Origin: the human T2T-CHM13v2.0 reference genome, Homo sapiens | Length of the DNA: 64,000 bases | Assembly (NCBI RefSeq): GCF_009914755.1 | Contig: NC_060926.1 | Reading direction: 5' to 3' (one strand) | Shown here: piece after piece, positions 1 to 12,990 of the stretch | Position numbering within the stretch: position 1 is the stretch's first letter | How the letters are laid out: the number at the start of each line of letters is the position of its first letter | The notes under the pieces: model-generated | The model's database searches: none | The model's input: only the letters and a program-made list of their open reading frames with translations | Told to the model about the DNA's origin: nothing | Made by a program: the position numbers and the translations under genes

Positions 1-392
1 CTATAATGTTAGACGGGTCTATAAAAAAGAATGCCTTCCATACGTTCTTGGGAGAGATTTATTTTTCAAAAGAAAGTGTATATTTTGGAAGGGAAGAGGC
101 GTTGTTTATTTCTGGGATTAAATACATCTCCAGGGTCATAGAATATATTTGGGTTCTTTAGATATGTTGCAAAGAATTCACAGAATCCTGGTAGAGAGAC
201 CCCTTGGTTACTCTCATCCTGTTCCAGTGAGGGAAGCTCAGCCCAGAGAATAGTTGTGACCTGCTCCAGGTGGCCGAACTTGGATTAGAGTAGTGGATTC
301 ATGATGCCCAGTTAAAGTGCAATGTGAATTGCACAATTCTTAGGCTTTGTCTAAACATTTAGAGTCTGGAAACACAGTGCCATTCTTTTTCT

Positions 393-446
393 CTGTAACT
401 ACCAAGTTACAAAGAATTTCTGTAACTACCAAGTTACAAGGAATTT
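393..446. repeat. 27-bp tandem duplication (2 copies), each with an internal inverted repeat
   Basis: CTGTAACTACCAAGTTACAA(A/G)GAATTT at 393-419 and 420-446, one mismatch; TGTAACT/AGTTACA arms in each unit. Confidence 0.95.
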
Positions 447-1451
447 ATCCTTGAGATGTTTCCATTTGAACTGAAGTATTGATACAAGTTGCTTTTAAAA
501 AAGGGATTTCATGAAATTGTGTTATTTGGAAAGCACTACATCTTTATTCCCCTTGACAGTCCTCTTGCAATACATTGACACAGCCTAACTTCTGAAGGTT
601 TTCAAAGTTTTTAGAGCATGGAACAAGAAATGTTTATATAAATAGGAAATAATGGCTATTTGTTGAATGCATTTTCAGTTGTGGGATTTAGACATTTTGG
701 CTAAGGCGAGCTTTCCTTTTAATAGATCAACTTTCAGGGCCAAGTTGTGTTTAAAAGAATAAAGTGAAAAGTATTGTATTTACATTTCAAGAACAAAATG
801 TCTCTCCTTCTTAGAAGTTTTAGGAATACTGCCTGGGGCCACCGCCTGCCTTTGCTGCATTAATTCCAGGGAGAGCAGACCACAGTGACTCCTTCCCTCA
901 TTAGGGTTTAAGAGATTTGTTTCCTATAAAAGACTCAGCAAAATCCCTCCCTCCTCTCCTAAACAATGAAATACTACAACCAAACAGCTCCTGAGCTTTG
1001 TGTTATCCACTCCACATTCAATCCTCATGGCCAGTTTGATTTTGTTTTTAATATTCTGATTCACTGGGTATCTTTTACATCTTATGCACAGCACCTCCCA
1101 GCCCTTTCCAGAAGGAAAGGGTGAAAGAAGAGAGGGGTCAGGTTTCTAGAGGGAGGTGGTCATGGGGCCAATTTTTCACTGGCATCACTTCAAAACCACC
1201 CATGTTTTCCTGACATTGCCCTAGTCCCTTCAAAGAGATTTAACGCATCACTCGTCCCTGCTAATGAAGATGGAAAGTATTGTAAACAATAAATGCTAGT
1301 CACCAAGTGAGGTCTTGAGACAATAAGGACCCTCAGATGACTCTTAGGGATGGTACAGAACACACTCTAAATAAACCCATCCACGGCATATTAGGCCTTT
1401 GCCAGCATCATCCCACACACCTGCCTCTGCCAGGTTCCCCTGTTATAACCC

Positions 1452-1540
1452 ACCCATTTATTCAGCAGTCTTTCCTGAGTACTTGCCATGTACCAAGCAG
1501 TGTTCTAGGCACTGGAGATATAGAAATGAATGAGACATTC
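1452..1540 (-). mobile_element. L2 3'-end fragment
   Basis: CATTTATTCAGCAG...TGTACCAAGCAGTGTTCTAGGCACTGGAGATATAG matches the reverse complement of the L2 3' tail. Confidence 0.75.
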
Positions 1541-1979
1541 AAGCAGTAGCCAAATATTTCTCACCCAGGGATCTACGGATACCCAGGGACCCCAAATTCT
1601 TAGCTATGAATTCTATGAGAATTTAAAAAATTCTTCTTTTCTTTTGACGGTGATCTAAAAAATTTACATAAAATATGGTCTGGATCGATTGGATGGTTAT
1701 CGTTACACAGTCCTGCTGCAAGACCTTGATGTCTGGGTTGACCTCTGTGTTCTGGGTCCTATCAGAGCCAATGATTGATAACCTGACTGTTAATCTCCAG
1801 TGCACTGTCCATCAGGTTGGGGGTTAGTGGACATATTCTTGAGCTCTGCCGATGTTCCCTTTCTTTGAACAAGTTGCCTATGTCCTCAAATTTAAGAAGC
1901 CCTGGTATAGTATTGGCACAGAAGGATTTGTAGTCTCTTGTAGCCACCACATTGTTCCCAAACTGTGGTCATACTGGTC

Positions 1980-3055
1980 TTGAGGGAGTCAGAAAAATGG
2001 TCTCCCAAGGATGCCTGTAACCTAATACCTGGAATCTATGTCACATGACATATTTGCAGGTGGAAATAAGGAGATTAGCCTGGATTATCTGGATGGGCTC
2101 AACATAATTATATAAACCCTTAAGAATAGATGAGGGGTATATACCCCAAAGAGTTAGAAACAGATACTCCAATACACGTTCATACCTGCACTAATCACAA
2201 TAGCCAAAAGGTGAGAACAACCCAAATGTCCATTGACAGATGATTTCATAAATGAAATGCAGTCTACACAAGCAATGGAAAATGATTCAGCCACAAAAAG
2301 GTCTGAAGTACTGATACGCACCATGGCCCGGATGAACCTCTCAAACAATACGCTAAGTGAAAGAAACCAGACATAGAAGACCACACATTGTGTAATCCCA
2401 TTGATATGAAATCTGTAGAACAGGTAAATCCATAGAATCAGAAAGTAGATTGGTGGCTGCTACGGGCTTGGGAGAGGAGGGAATGGTGGTTTTATTGCTT
2501 AATGGGTCAGGGGTTTTACTTAGAAGTGATGAAAATGTGATTTGCACAACATCGTGGATGTAGTAAATGTCCCTGAATTGTTCACTTTACAGTGGTTAAT
2601 TTTATGTTATGTGAATTTCACTTCAATAGAAAAAGAAAGAATGGAAGAGATACAAAGAGGTGTCGGTCAGGGAGATGCAGCAATAGAAGCAGCGGCAGGA
2701 CACATCCCAAGTGTGAGAGGGACTCACCCCTTTGCTGCTGACTCTGAAGATAGACAAAGGGTCCAAGCCAAGGAATGCAGGTGGCCTCTAGAAACTGGGA
2801 AAGGGTCTCAGCTGACAACCGTTAATCAAATGAGGACCTTAGCCCAGAACCAGAGGGAACTGAATTTTACCAACAACCTGAATGAGAGAGAAAACACATT
2901 CAAACAGGATGGAATGCAGTCCTCAGACACCTTGCTGTTAGCCCAGTGAGACCTGTACCAGACCTCTGACAAAAGAGTAAGACGATCATACATTTGTGCT
3001 GTTGTAAGTCACTAAATCAGCTATCTTTTTTTACAGCAGTGATAGAAAATAAATA
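1980..3055 (+). mobile_element. MLT1 (MLT1D-like) MaLR solo LTR, split by an L1 insertion
   Basis: 5' part has CCTGGATTATCTGGATGGGCTCAA; 3' part has GCCAAGGAATGCAGGTGGCCTCTAGAA...GACACCTTG...GCCCAGTGAGACC...ACAGCAGTGATAGAAAATAAATA. Confidence 0.8.
2135..2636 (+). mobile_element. L1MB-type 3' fragment inserted in MLT1
   Basis: CAACCCAAATGTCCATTGACAGATG, CTAAGTGAAAGAAACCAGAC, GTTATGTGAATTTCACTTCAAT plus A-rich tail; degenerate TSD AAGAATAGATGAG (2122-2134) / AAGAATGGAAGAG (2637-2649). Confidence 0.85.
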
Positions 3056-3399
3056 AGGACTCCTACCTAGAGTTTTCTTTTCTCTCCCGTTCATCAGGCA
3101 AGCCCATTCTCTGCATGCTCTGACCAGGCACCTGCGCTCTGAGGGCTTCAGTGGAGTGGCCAGGCTTGGCTGGGGACCCGCCCTCTGTGCTCCCGAAGCC
3201 CTGGTGTTTATTTCTGTAACTACACCTAACACATGGTATGCAGCCTGTTGACTTACTTGCTGTTCTCCCTACATTGCACTGGGAGTTCCTGAGGTTATCA
3301 CCTCCTCGCTATTACTGTCAACACCCTGTCCACATCCTTTGGTCTTAGTCCAGATGACTTTCTGTCATTGGCAAGCTAGTTGAGGTATAGTTAACAACT

Positions 3400-4150
3400 C
3401 CCCATCTCCCCTCAGCAGTTCTTAGCTGAGGCATGATGGAAGTGGGTGTATAAATACCCCAGCTCTTCATTCCTCAAGTGGGATAGCTCAGAGGCCTGTG
3501 TTCTATATCACTTTTCCCAAGCTTCCCTGCTTTATTAAGCATCATTCACTCACCGTATTACCAGGCTTAGTAACACTTCCAGGGCTGGCTACATAATTTG
3601 TGAAAATGTAGGGCCACTTTTTAAAAAATCAAGGGAAAAGTGCTATTAAGAATATTAAAATAAAAATTTTTCCCTTTTTCCCATGGCCTCTCCCTCAATT
3701 TTTCATGGTATTTAAAAAAATTGTTGTTTAATGTTGTTCTAAGTGAGGAAAATGAAAACTTTAAATTATTAGCAATGTGTTTTATCTTCCATCTTTATAG
3801 TGTGCAATGCCAGTTTTAAGTGCAAATATGAGAGCATTTAACTAGCATGTGGAATTACCAAAATTATACAACTTTTATTCTACAGCCCATATACTAAAGT
3901 TCAAGGATGAAATCATTGAGAATTTCAAGCAGAGACCCCACAGCATTAAATCAAGCAGGAGGCCTTCTGCACACGGGCACTGTGGAATTGTGCAGGTTGC
4001 ATGCCATGAAGCTAGGCCCGGACAGGCCCTTTGCTGACTGCCTTCCCACCCCCATATCATTTCTTCATCTCCTTGACAGTGTTCCTTTAAAATTAACTAC
4101 CTGCATGTGACTCCTGCTCTCAGGGTCTGCTTTTTCCGGGGGAATCCACA
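3400..4150 (+). mobile_element. LTR16-like ERVL LTR, split by a MER45-like element
   Basis: GGTGTATAAATACCCCAGCTC...GTGGGATAGCTCAGAGGC before the insert and CTCAGGGTCTGCTTTTTCCGGGGGAATCC after it resemble LTR16A. Confidence 0.65.
3580..4021 (-). mobile_element. MER45-family hAT-Tip100 DNA transposon with both termini
   Basis: Starts CAGGGCTGGCTACATAATTTG; ends GCAGGTTGCATGCCATGAAGCTAGGCCCGG (degenerate terminal inverted repeats). Confidence 0.75.
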
Positions 4151-4439
4151 GTATATCCCATCACTGTATTCACAGTATTGGCACAGGAAGATGGTAAGCA
4201 AAGGCTTCTAGATTTGAGCCTGGTGCTTTTGAAGAGACTATGGTAGCTACAGCTTGGGGTGATTGTCGAAGCCTCCCTGGAGAAGGCAGGGAGGAGATGT
4301 GTAGATAGGCGATTAGTTGGAGGAGAGTGGAGGGAAGTCTACGTATTGTGACTGAGTGCTATGAGCGAATCTGTAGGTAGGGACGTGGTAATGGCCCTCG
4401 AAGGTGCTCCAAGATAGCTTTCAAAGGCTGTCATGCACG

Positions 4440-4610
4440 TAATCACATGTGAAGCTCAGCAAACCAATGAGGTAGAAAGATAGATGGAATTATAGTCATT
4501 TTGCAGATGAAGGAACTCAACTTCAGATGTCTTAAATGCAAGGGAATACTGAAGCCTGCATGAGAAGCCAGTTCTTTTGATTCCAGAGCCGTTGACTTCT
4601 CACCACATCA
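4440..4610 (-). mobile_element. MIR fragment
   Basis: CATTTTGCAGATGAAGGAACT core and TGATTCCAGAGCC. Confidence 0.6.
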
Positions 4611-5424
4611 TATCCCTTCAGAACATCCAAAGATCAGAGAGCAGTGGGGCTTTAGGTCAGAAGAGCACGTTGGGGCCCCATGCTCATGCACATGCACAGC
4701 AAGAGTGGGTATTGCCTCCCTTGTTCTATATAAAAGATGACCCAAGGTCCTGGATTTAATATCCATTAAGACTCCTTTCTTCAAGAGAAGAAAAAACTGA
4801 CTCTGGTCATTTTGGGTTAAAAGCATCTTTGCTGGTGCGGTGACTGGATGAATGTGGGAGGCCTCTGCCTTTATTTCTATCTCTGATTTTGCAAGGTGGG
4901 GGCCTGCTAGAAAATTATCTCAAGGTTGGAGGTAAGAAAGGTGAATTTAAGACACAGAAACAGGGTCGTAGGGTCATGGCTGTCAGCGATCCAGGGTATC
5001 CAAGTGTCTGGCCCATGGGCAGGGTCCCTGGAGGCATGGTGTTACATGGCCTGAAAATTTCATCTTGGAAACCTCTAAGCTTTCCTTACAACACCAATAA
5101 GAGAGGAATCAAATATGTTGTAAGCTACTTTGTTCTAAAACTTCTTCTCTTCATATTTTCTTAACTTCTGTAAAAATAAAATAACTGACATGACAGCCAT
5201 TTGTGAAAATATAAGTCAACAAAATGGAATTTGTAAACTTGAAGTGGAGCAAATGTTTGGATTATCTTGTTTCAATTAAGAAGCTGTGCCTTTTGCCTTT
5301 CAAGAATAAGGGGACTCTGTTCTGTTCTGTATTTAGATGTATTATGCCCCAAGATTACCTTTAAAAGAGGCAGAAAATGGAAGGAAAGGGGATGGTAAGG
5401 AAGGAAAGGGCTGGGAGGAGAGGA

Positions 5425-5650
5425 GCAGTGCAGCTGAACAGCACACTTCCGAGTCGTGGAGGCCTGAATTTGAATCCTGGTTCTGTATTCAGCAGCTGTG
5501 TGATAGTGGCTTTTACTTGACTTCCATGAGCTTCAGTTTCCTCCTCACTAGGATAAATATAATTATACCTACAAATTTGTTTTTGGGAATGATTAATGAA
5601 TAATGTACATAATTTTTCCTGGTGCAGAAGGGACTGTTGGTAAAAAGTTA
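5425..5650 (+). mobile_element. MIR
   Basis: TTTGAATCCTGGTTCTG...AGCTGTGTGA...CTTCAGTTTCCTC core. Confidence 0.75.
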
Positions 5651-5882
5651 TTAAATTAATGAATAAAAACTATTGAAATTATTATTTTTGATTTGCTGTG
5701 GACCACTCCTCAATTTTCAATGTACCTCTAAGAATCTATGGTTCCCTAAGATAGTTAGTGTCATTGTATGGTGGCCTCCAGGACCTAATTTTTCCAGCAG
5801 TTGACTTCATCTTCCTTGATTACGCTGGCCCTTATCACGGGAGTTGAGAGGGATCCCTCTTTCTTGCCTCCCTTTCTTCCCT

Positions 5883-6030
5883 CATTTATTCAAAAAAATG
5901 TACACTAGAATTTGACCATATTCCAGGCACTGAGTTAGGAGTAAAGGTAATGAGATAAGGAAGACTGAGTCTTGGCCATCTGAGAAGGTCACAGTCTTGT
6001 GGGACAGATGCAAAGGTGGGAGCCACAAAT
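5883..6030 (-). mobile_element. L2 3'-end fragment
   Basis: CATTTATTCAA...CCAGGCACTGAGTTAGG...GGTCACAGTCT. Confidence 0.65.
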
Positions 6031-6802
6031 TCTGTTTGGGGGTGGGGAAGTGAGAGAGGAAGTGTGAGATGAAAGGTTTCCAGAAGAGAGGGTGCTTTCC
6101 TTGAAGACTTGAAGGACTTACATAGAGAGTCATGGTAGCACTCCAGGAAGAGGGAGCATGGCCCCAAATGTGACCGGGGACCTGCCTGATTTCACCACTG
6201 TGTATTCCAGGCCCTCTATCAATGACTTGCTGGATAAATGGATGCTGGGAATAACATTCCTGCAGGACGCCAAAACAGCACCGACAGACAGGCTGTTTTG
6301 AGCCTGTCTTATTGCTCATCACTCCCCAGTTGCATAGACAGAGGGTCTCCATCAGTGTCTCCTCCTGGGGCCTCTTGTCCTGGCCGTGAGCTGAGTGGTG
6401 GTGTTTGGGACAAGGCAGCTCTCTGTTCACCTCCTGCCAGCAGGTCTCGTCTGCAGCAGACTTTGGTTTACGTCCTTGTTATTTCAATATGGAATCTTGG
6501 CTGCCCATCAACTCAGCAGACTGGCTGGGCCCCCCAGGCCTGTTTGGATAGAAAACTGGAAGTTGTCTTCCTTGAATGGTAGGATGTGAAGGATCTGAAG
6601 CTTCTTTCATAGCCAGATTCAGGGCCAGTTCATAGGCCTGTGGCCCACTGATCTCTGAGCAGAGGGAAGGGGCCCATAGTAGGATTCCAAGTCCAAGTTG
6701 GGTTCTTCAGAACTAAATGCACACACCATTACCAGCTCAACGTTACTCTGTGAATTCACAATTTAAAATTTCTGCACTCCAGTCCCTCACCGGCAGCACC
6801 TT

Positions 6803-6990
6803 AGTGCCATGGTGTAAAAAACGCACTATTTCTCAGCCCGGAGAAATCTGGGTTTGAGTTCCAGTTTTGTTGCTTAGTATTAGTGCCGAGGACTTGTATA
6901 GATCTCTTAAAATCTCTGTGCTTCAGTGACCATATTGCCAACACAAGGTAGGTGGGTATATTACATGGACAGTGGGACAGTGTGTTACAT
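6803..6990 (+). mobile_element. MIR fragment
   Basis: CTGGGTTTGAGTTCCAG...ATCTCTGTGCTTCAGT. Confidence 0.55.
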
Positions 6991-7057
6991 GCCTTTTTCT
7001 GTGTGACATATTGTCCATACTTCATGAGCAAAGGGAGTGTGTATAACAGTCGTCTAA

Positions 7058-7429
<372 letters not shown>

Positions 7430-8200
7430 TAAAGTTAGCTTTCTTGAAGCATAATTTATATACAGTAAATTTCTGCCTTTTTAGGCTTAGAGTTATGTGA
7501 GTTTTGAAAAAAACTGCATAGAACTTGTAACTACCATCGTAGTCAAGATACAGAACATTGCCATCAGCTAATGCATGCAGGGCTTGATACCTAGGTGATG
7601 GATTGATAGGTGCAGCACACCACCATGGCACAGGTTTCCCTGTGGAATAAAACTGTACATCCTGCACATATATCCCCGAACTTAAAAAAAAAAAGAAATA
7701 AAGGCTGAAGGGAAGGGGGAAAAAAAATAACATCTCCATCATCCCTAACGTTTTCTGCTGCGTTGTGGTTCATACCTTTCCCCCACCCACAGCCCCTGGC
7801 AACCAGCAATCTGTTTTTGCCTTTTCTGGAATGTCATTCACATGAAATTACACAATGAGTAGTGGCTTGAGTCTGGCTTCTTTCACATAGTGTAATGCAC
7901 TTGAGATTCACCCATGTCATTATATTTAGCAGAAGTTTCTTTTTATTATTCCATCGTTGTGGATGCATACTAGTTTGTTTATCCATTCACCAGCTGATGG
8001 GCAGTTGAGTTGTTCCAAGTTCTGGGGACCATGAATAAAGTTGCTATAAATATTTGCAAACAGGTTTTTGTGTGGATATATGTTTTTTTTCTCTTCAACA
8101 AATACCTACTCGTGTGATTGCTGGGTCTTACAGTAAGTCTATGCCAAAGTTTATAAGAAACAGATTAACTATTTTGCAAAATGGCTGTACCATTTTGCTG
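7430..8200 (-). mobile_element. L1M (MB/MC-type) 3' fragment, interrupted by an L1PA insertion
   Basis: GTCTGGCTTCTTTCACATAG, TTTATCCATTCACCAGCTGATGGGCA, TGGCTGTACCATTTTG. Confidence 0.85.
7567..7728 (+). mobile_element. Short L1PA 3'-end insertion with two A tracts
   Basis: TACCTAGGTGATGGATTGATAGGTGCAGCACACCACCATGGCAC...GAACTTAAAA; TSD AACATTGCCATCA (7554-7566) / AACATCTCCATCA (7729-7741). Confidence 0.88.
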
Positions 8201-8204
8201 ACTT

Positions 8205-8950
8205 GCCTTTTTAAAAAAGTAAACTTTATTTTGAGAAACTTGTAGAGCAACTTGCAGTGCAGTTGCAAAGCATACTACAGAGAAGTACTGTGATCCGATG
8301 TACCCTTTACTCAGTTTCCCTCTATGATAACATCCCACAAAACTATAGAGCAATATCACAATCAGGATTGACATTGCTACAGTCAAGATACAAATATTTC
8401 CACCACCAAAGAATCTTTTATCTGGCCCTTTACATCCTTCCCACCCCAGCCTCTCTGACAATCAGTAATCAGTTACTCATTTCTATCATTTTCTATAACT
8501 TCTATTGTATCTATCGAGATTGTGATATAAATAGAATCATACAGCATGTAACCTTTTGGGGCTGGCTTTTTTCACTCAGCAGAATTCCCTGGAGATCCAT
8601 TCAAGGTGTTGCACATATCAACAGTTGGTTCCTTTGTGTTGCTAAGTGGTATTCCATGGTGCGTGTGTGCCACAGTGTGTTTAGCCCATTCACCAGGTGA
8701 AGGAGACCTGGGTTGTTTCCAGGTTTGGATTATTACAAAGAAAGTTGTTATAAACATTTGTGCACAGGCTTTTATGCAAACATGTTTTCATTTTCTGGGA
8801 TAAATATTTGAGACGCAGTTGATAGGTTGCACGGTAGATGCACATTTGTTTTTGTAAGAAATAGCAAACTGTTTTCCAGCCTGGTTGCAATATTTTACAT
8901 TCCCACCAGCAATGCATGAATAATCCAGTTTCTCCACATCCACACCAGCT
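8205..8950 (-). mobile_element. L1MC-type 3' fragment
   Basis: ACAGTCAAGATACA, GGCTTTTTTCACTCAGCA, CCATTCACCAGGTGAAGGA, TTTACATTCCCACCAGCAATG. Confidence 0.85.
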
Positions 8951-10359
8951 TTCTATTTCTTCAGTTTTTCATGGGTATTTACTTGCCCCAAAGGGATCAG
9001 AAACATGCCCTTGAATTTTGTCATTTCTACAATTTAAAACTATTATTTCTGTTATGTTCTTCATTGTGTAACTCAGTGTCTCTTAGGTAAAGTATTGTCA
9101 AAAGCAGGACCAGACAAGGATAAACGTTTGTATTCCCTGTAAACTGGTGTGTTTGATTTGACACTCAGAGCTCTACAAGGCACTCTGTTTCCGTTTTCTC
9201 CTGGGGGCTGTATTAACCAAGTATTGTATTAACTGTCAGTGCTTCCTGTTAGCCTCCTTTCATGGCTTGCTCATGTCCTTTTTATTATTATGCTTGCTAT
9301 AAAGAATTCATTTGCCCAAGTCTTTTGAGCACTTCTCCATGCTCCTACAGTTACTGAGTCTATCATGATGTTTGTAAATCTGAACTATAATCATGCTCCT
9401 GTATCTGTCTCACCCACTATATGAGGAACTCCTTCAGAGAGAAGTCCCTCTCTCACTGCCCTATTCCCACCCCCAAGATGTCTTCTAAATACTTTTTATT
9501 CATTTCCTGGATATTTAAGAATCACTTGTACAGATTTTATATGGGTTTTGCCTCAAGAAAGTCATGGTTTAGATTAGAGGGACCGCACAACTATGAATCT
9601 GAATAACTATGAAACCATGCAAGATGTGATGAGTAATTTAAAAGAATTAAGATGCTTGAGGAGCCCAGAGATGGGAGAGATTGTATCTATAGTGGAGATA
9701 CGAAAGGCTTATTTTAATGTTTTATGACTTTTTAAAAAGCAGTGTCTTCAGCCGCAACTGTTTAAATCCTTTCAGGGATTAGAAAGAGTTATATATAAAC
9801 TGCAGTTACCCACAGGGAAGGTGCCACGGGAAAAAAGTCTGTGGGTTATTTGGGGAAGGCTGGTGATGGGGCTGTGCCTGTTGGTAATGGTGGAGCTTGG
9901 GAGAGACCCAGGAGTGAAGACAGCTGTAGAAAGGAGAAGTTTTGCCTCTCTCAAGAAAAACCAACTAGAGTTGAATACTAAGAGAATTATGATTTTGAGA
10001 TAAATGAAGGTGAATCTTATCCATCTGAAGCCACTCTAATGAGCCCAGTATTTTTAGAGATTCTGAAAGTTGGAATATAAAGAGGATTAATGGCCCTGAG
10101 ACATCACAATGTGACTGTGGAGAACCGAGTGTTCCTCTGGGGTCCTGAGACACGTGGGGAACTGGACTGATGGGGTCTGCCTGATTGCAAAGTCTCTTCT
10201 CTTTCTTATGTTCCATGGATCTCTCAAGATCAATGAAGACAATACACTGATGACCTCTAAGAAGCCCTGGGGACCTCAAACCATACTCAACTAGTGTCCA
10301 ATACCTTATCCAGTTATTGGCATCATCATTATTATTATTTACAGCCCAACCTCTAAACC

Positions 10360-10382
10360 AAAAAAAAAAAAAAAAAAAAAAA
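10360..10382. repeat. Poly(A) tract, A23, with no adjacent Alu or L1 body
   Basis: Uninterrupted A run. Confidence 0.9.
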
Positions 10383-10869
10383 GCAGAAGTGAAAGAAAGG
10401 GCTTCTTGAGGGCTAGGGAGGCCCAGAACTCTGGTGGAAAAAAACAAAAAAGAGCATCACCACAATGCTGATGATCCACCATGGCTGCTTTCTTGTGGAA
10501 TCTTTTGGGCCAGTGACTTCTAAAAAGATTGCCACTTGTTGACCAGGCTGGGTTTGACAATGGGGGCATTTGTGAACATATTGTTCATTGTTCATTGAAT
10601 TATGAACAATGAGAGAAGTTCCTCTCCAAACTCATCTTAAAGACTAGTTGAGCCTCAACTGAATATTTCTTTTATCTTTTGTATTCTGTAATCATATTTT
10701 CTTCTTTGCATTGACTGATAGAAATTCTAAGGTGAATTTGTGGCCCTAATATTATAAAGGAAAATAATTACTAAGCTTGGTTTATTGCTGACTGATGTCC
10801 AAAGTTTGATCTCCACTTTTGGAGAAAATGGGTTCTATGGTAATCATAATTATAGCCATGGCAATACCT

Positions 10870-11075
10870 AATATTAACCAAGAGCCTACAGACTTTTGAG
10901 GTCTTTGCTAAGCTTTTTACAAATTTTAATTAATTTTCATTATAAGGCATTGTGTCATATGCCATTATTATCACAATTTATAAGTATGGAAGTAGAGACA
11001 CAGTTAAATAACTTGCCCAAAGCTCCACAGCTATTAAGAGACAGAGCCGGGATTTGAACCCATGAAGACTGGTCT
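10870..11075 (-). mobile_element. MIR
   Basis: GTTAAATAACTTGCCCAAAG...CAGAGCCGGGATTTGAACCCA. Confidence 0.75.
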
Positions 11076-11689
11076 GTCTTGAAGAAACTTGTATTATCAT
11101 CTAAACATTATTATAATAAAATCCAAAAAAAGTACAAAAATATAACACGGATTTAGATTCAGTTATCCCAAATTTGTCAAATGCCCATGTGATCTTATAC
11201 AAATTCCTCTACATCATTTGAAAACAGAGCTGATGGCATCTGTCTCCTTGGTTGATTGGAGGATTAAATAACGTAATGTGGGTTAAGTAGGTAACAGTTC
11301 CTACCAGTTGGTGCTAATCAAGTGATAGCAAAGAGTGTTCTGGACAAAGAGAAGACATGGGTCTAGTCCCAACTCCAGTTTCCTATAAATAAAATAGGGA
11401 TGGTAATCTTTTCACAAGCTCAAATAGGATCAGAGACATGAAAACACTTTGTAAAGGACAAATGGCTGAACATTGTCAAGGGCTGTTGATCTTAGGAGAC
11501 GCTGGACCTGCAGACCTCCAAAAGGCCTCACAGGCAGGTGGCAGGGGACAAGTACATCTATTGATTGTCTTTAGTGTTTTTGAAAACTGAGTATGAGTTG
11601 TTGTGGACAAAGCAAAACGGTTCACATGGTTGTCGGACAGCACCTTGGCCAGGATTCTGTGCAGGTCTTGCTTGGATAAGAGGGTTTCT

Positions 11690-11960
11690 TTTGCCTTGAA
11701 GTGTCTTGTAGGAACCGCAAACTCAACATATCCAAACATGAACCCATTTTCTTTCATCTCAAATCTGATGCTTCCTGGAGTTTCCATTCAAATAAAGCTA
11801 CCACCATCTACAGTGCTGCCCAGACAGAAGTCTAGAGTCCTCTTCTGTGTCTGCCTTCTGCTTACCTCCATCCCCAAGCAGAAGCATTCTCAGTGACTGG
11901 GTCTGCTGAAATGACCTTGGTGCTTTTTCTCTGACAGGTTCCTATTTCCCCATCTCCACT
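11690..11960 (+). mobile_element. L2 fragment
   Basis: CAAACTCAACATATCCAAAC...ACCACCATCTAC...TCTAGAGTC. Confidence 0.65.
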
Positions 11961-12145
11961 GCCAACACATGCCAGACACAGGAACTGGCTTCTAAAGCTT
12001 CATCTCTAGTCCTAAAAAAGGGATTTTTGTGGCGATGATCATCATGTCCAACATTTATTGAACCTGTGTTGCGCCAGCACTTTCATATGTATATATATGT
12101 ACACACAAATATATGTGTATTTCACTTATTTTATTTCACTTATGA

Positions 12146-12375
12146 AACACTTACATAGTATTTACTCTATGCCGAATACCACTTTAAGGACATGATACAT
12201 ATTCATCCATTTAATTCACACAACCACCCAATGAGGTAAATGATATTATTATCCCCATTTTACAGATAACGAAACTGAGGCAGAGAAGTTAAGCAATTTA
12301 TTCAAGGTTACACAAATAGAAACTGGCAGAGCTTGAATTTGAACCTAAGAAGTCTGGCTCCAGAGTCAGTGCCCA
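12146..12375 (-). mobile_element. MIR, well preserved
   Basis: ATTATTATCCCCATTTTACAGATAACGAAACTGAGGCAGAGAAGTTAAG...TTTGAACCTAAGAAGTCTGGCTCCAGAGTC. Confidence 0.9.
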
Positions 12376-12399
12376 AGTACACAGGAGCTTGAGGAATAG

Positions 12400-12870
12400 T
12401 CATAATAATAGCTAATGTTCTAAGTCAGCCATCTTAGCTGGCTTTATAGAAAACGCAACAACTCTGAGATGTAAGCGTTATTACCCACATTTTACAGAGA
12501 AGGAAGCAGGTTTAAGCGTCTTACAGAGAGAGCCCAAGGTCACACATCCAGTAAGTGAAAGCAGAGGTGAGCTTCAGCTGGCAGTGTGAGGTTGAAAATG
12601 CTGGCATCTGCCATGCCTGCAAAGTGCTGCTCTGTTTCAAGTTTACGAGATTTGATCTTGGTATATTTTAATCTGGAAATAAAAAAGCAAAACCTTATAG
12701 AATTCTAGAATGTCAAAGATGAGAGGGACCTATGGGAGCCTCTTGTTGAGAACCTTCTTATACAGATGAAATATTCTAGATCCATGGAATTTAAGAGACT
12801 GCCCTGAAGTTTCATATTCAGGAAATATTAGAGTCAGTTCTTACCCCTGTGTCTTCCAAAGTCAAACTCA
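12400..12870 (-). mobile_element. Two further MIR/MIR3 fragments
   Basis: CATTTTACAGAGAAGGAAGC...CCCAAGGTCACAC, then TAGAATGTCAAAGATGAGAGGGACC...TACAGATGA. Confidence 0.6.
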
Positions 12871-12963
12871 GGAGATATGATGGGGTTTTCTCGCTTTTCC
12901 TGGCAAAATCCAAAAACATAAAAGCATAAAAAGATACATACAATAGCAGCAATCAGCAATCAT

Positions 12964-12990
12964 TCTCTTCTCTCTCTCTCTCTCTCTCTC
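12964..12990. repeat. (CT)n microsatellite
   Basis: About 10 perfect CT units with a short imperfect 5' extension. Confidence 0.9.

Noticed and set aside
393-446. Palindromic direct repeats as a CRISPR array
   Set aside because: Only two abutting copies, no spacers, no cas genes, and the context is primate DNA
5882-6430. 182-aa minus-strand ORF
   Set aside because: Overlaps L2 fragments, has no recognisable domain and no supporting exon structure
10360-10382. Orphan poly(A) tracts (also 49823-49885, 55971-55990, 58908-58930) as processed-pseudogene tails
   Set aside because: No flanking TSD or upstream mRNA-like body is evident; slippage expansion is the simpler explanation
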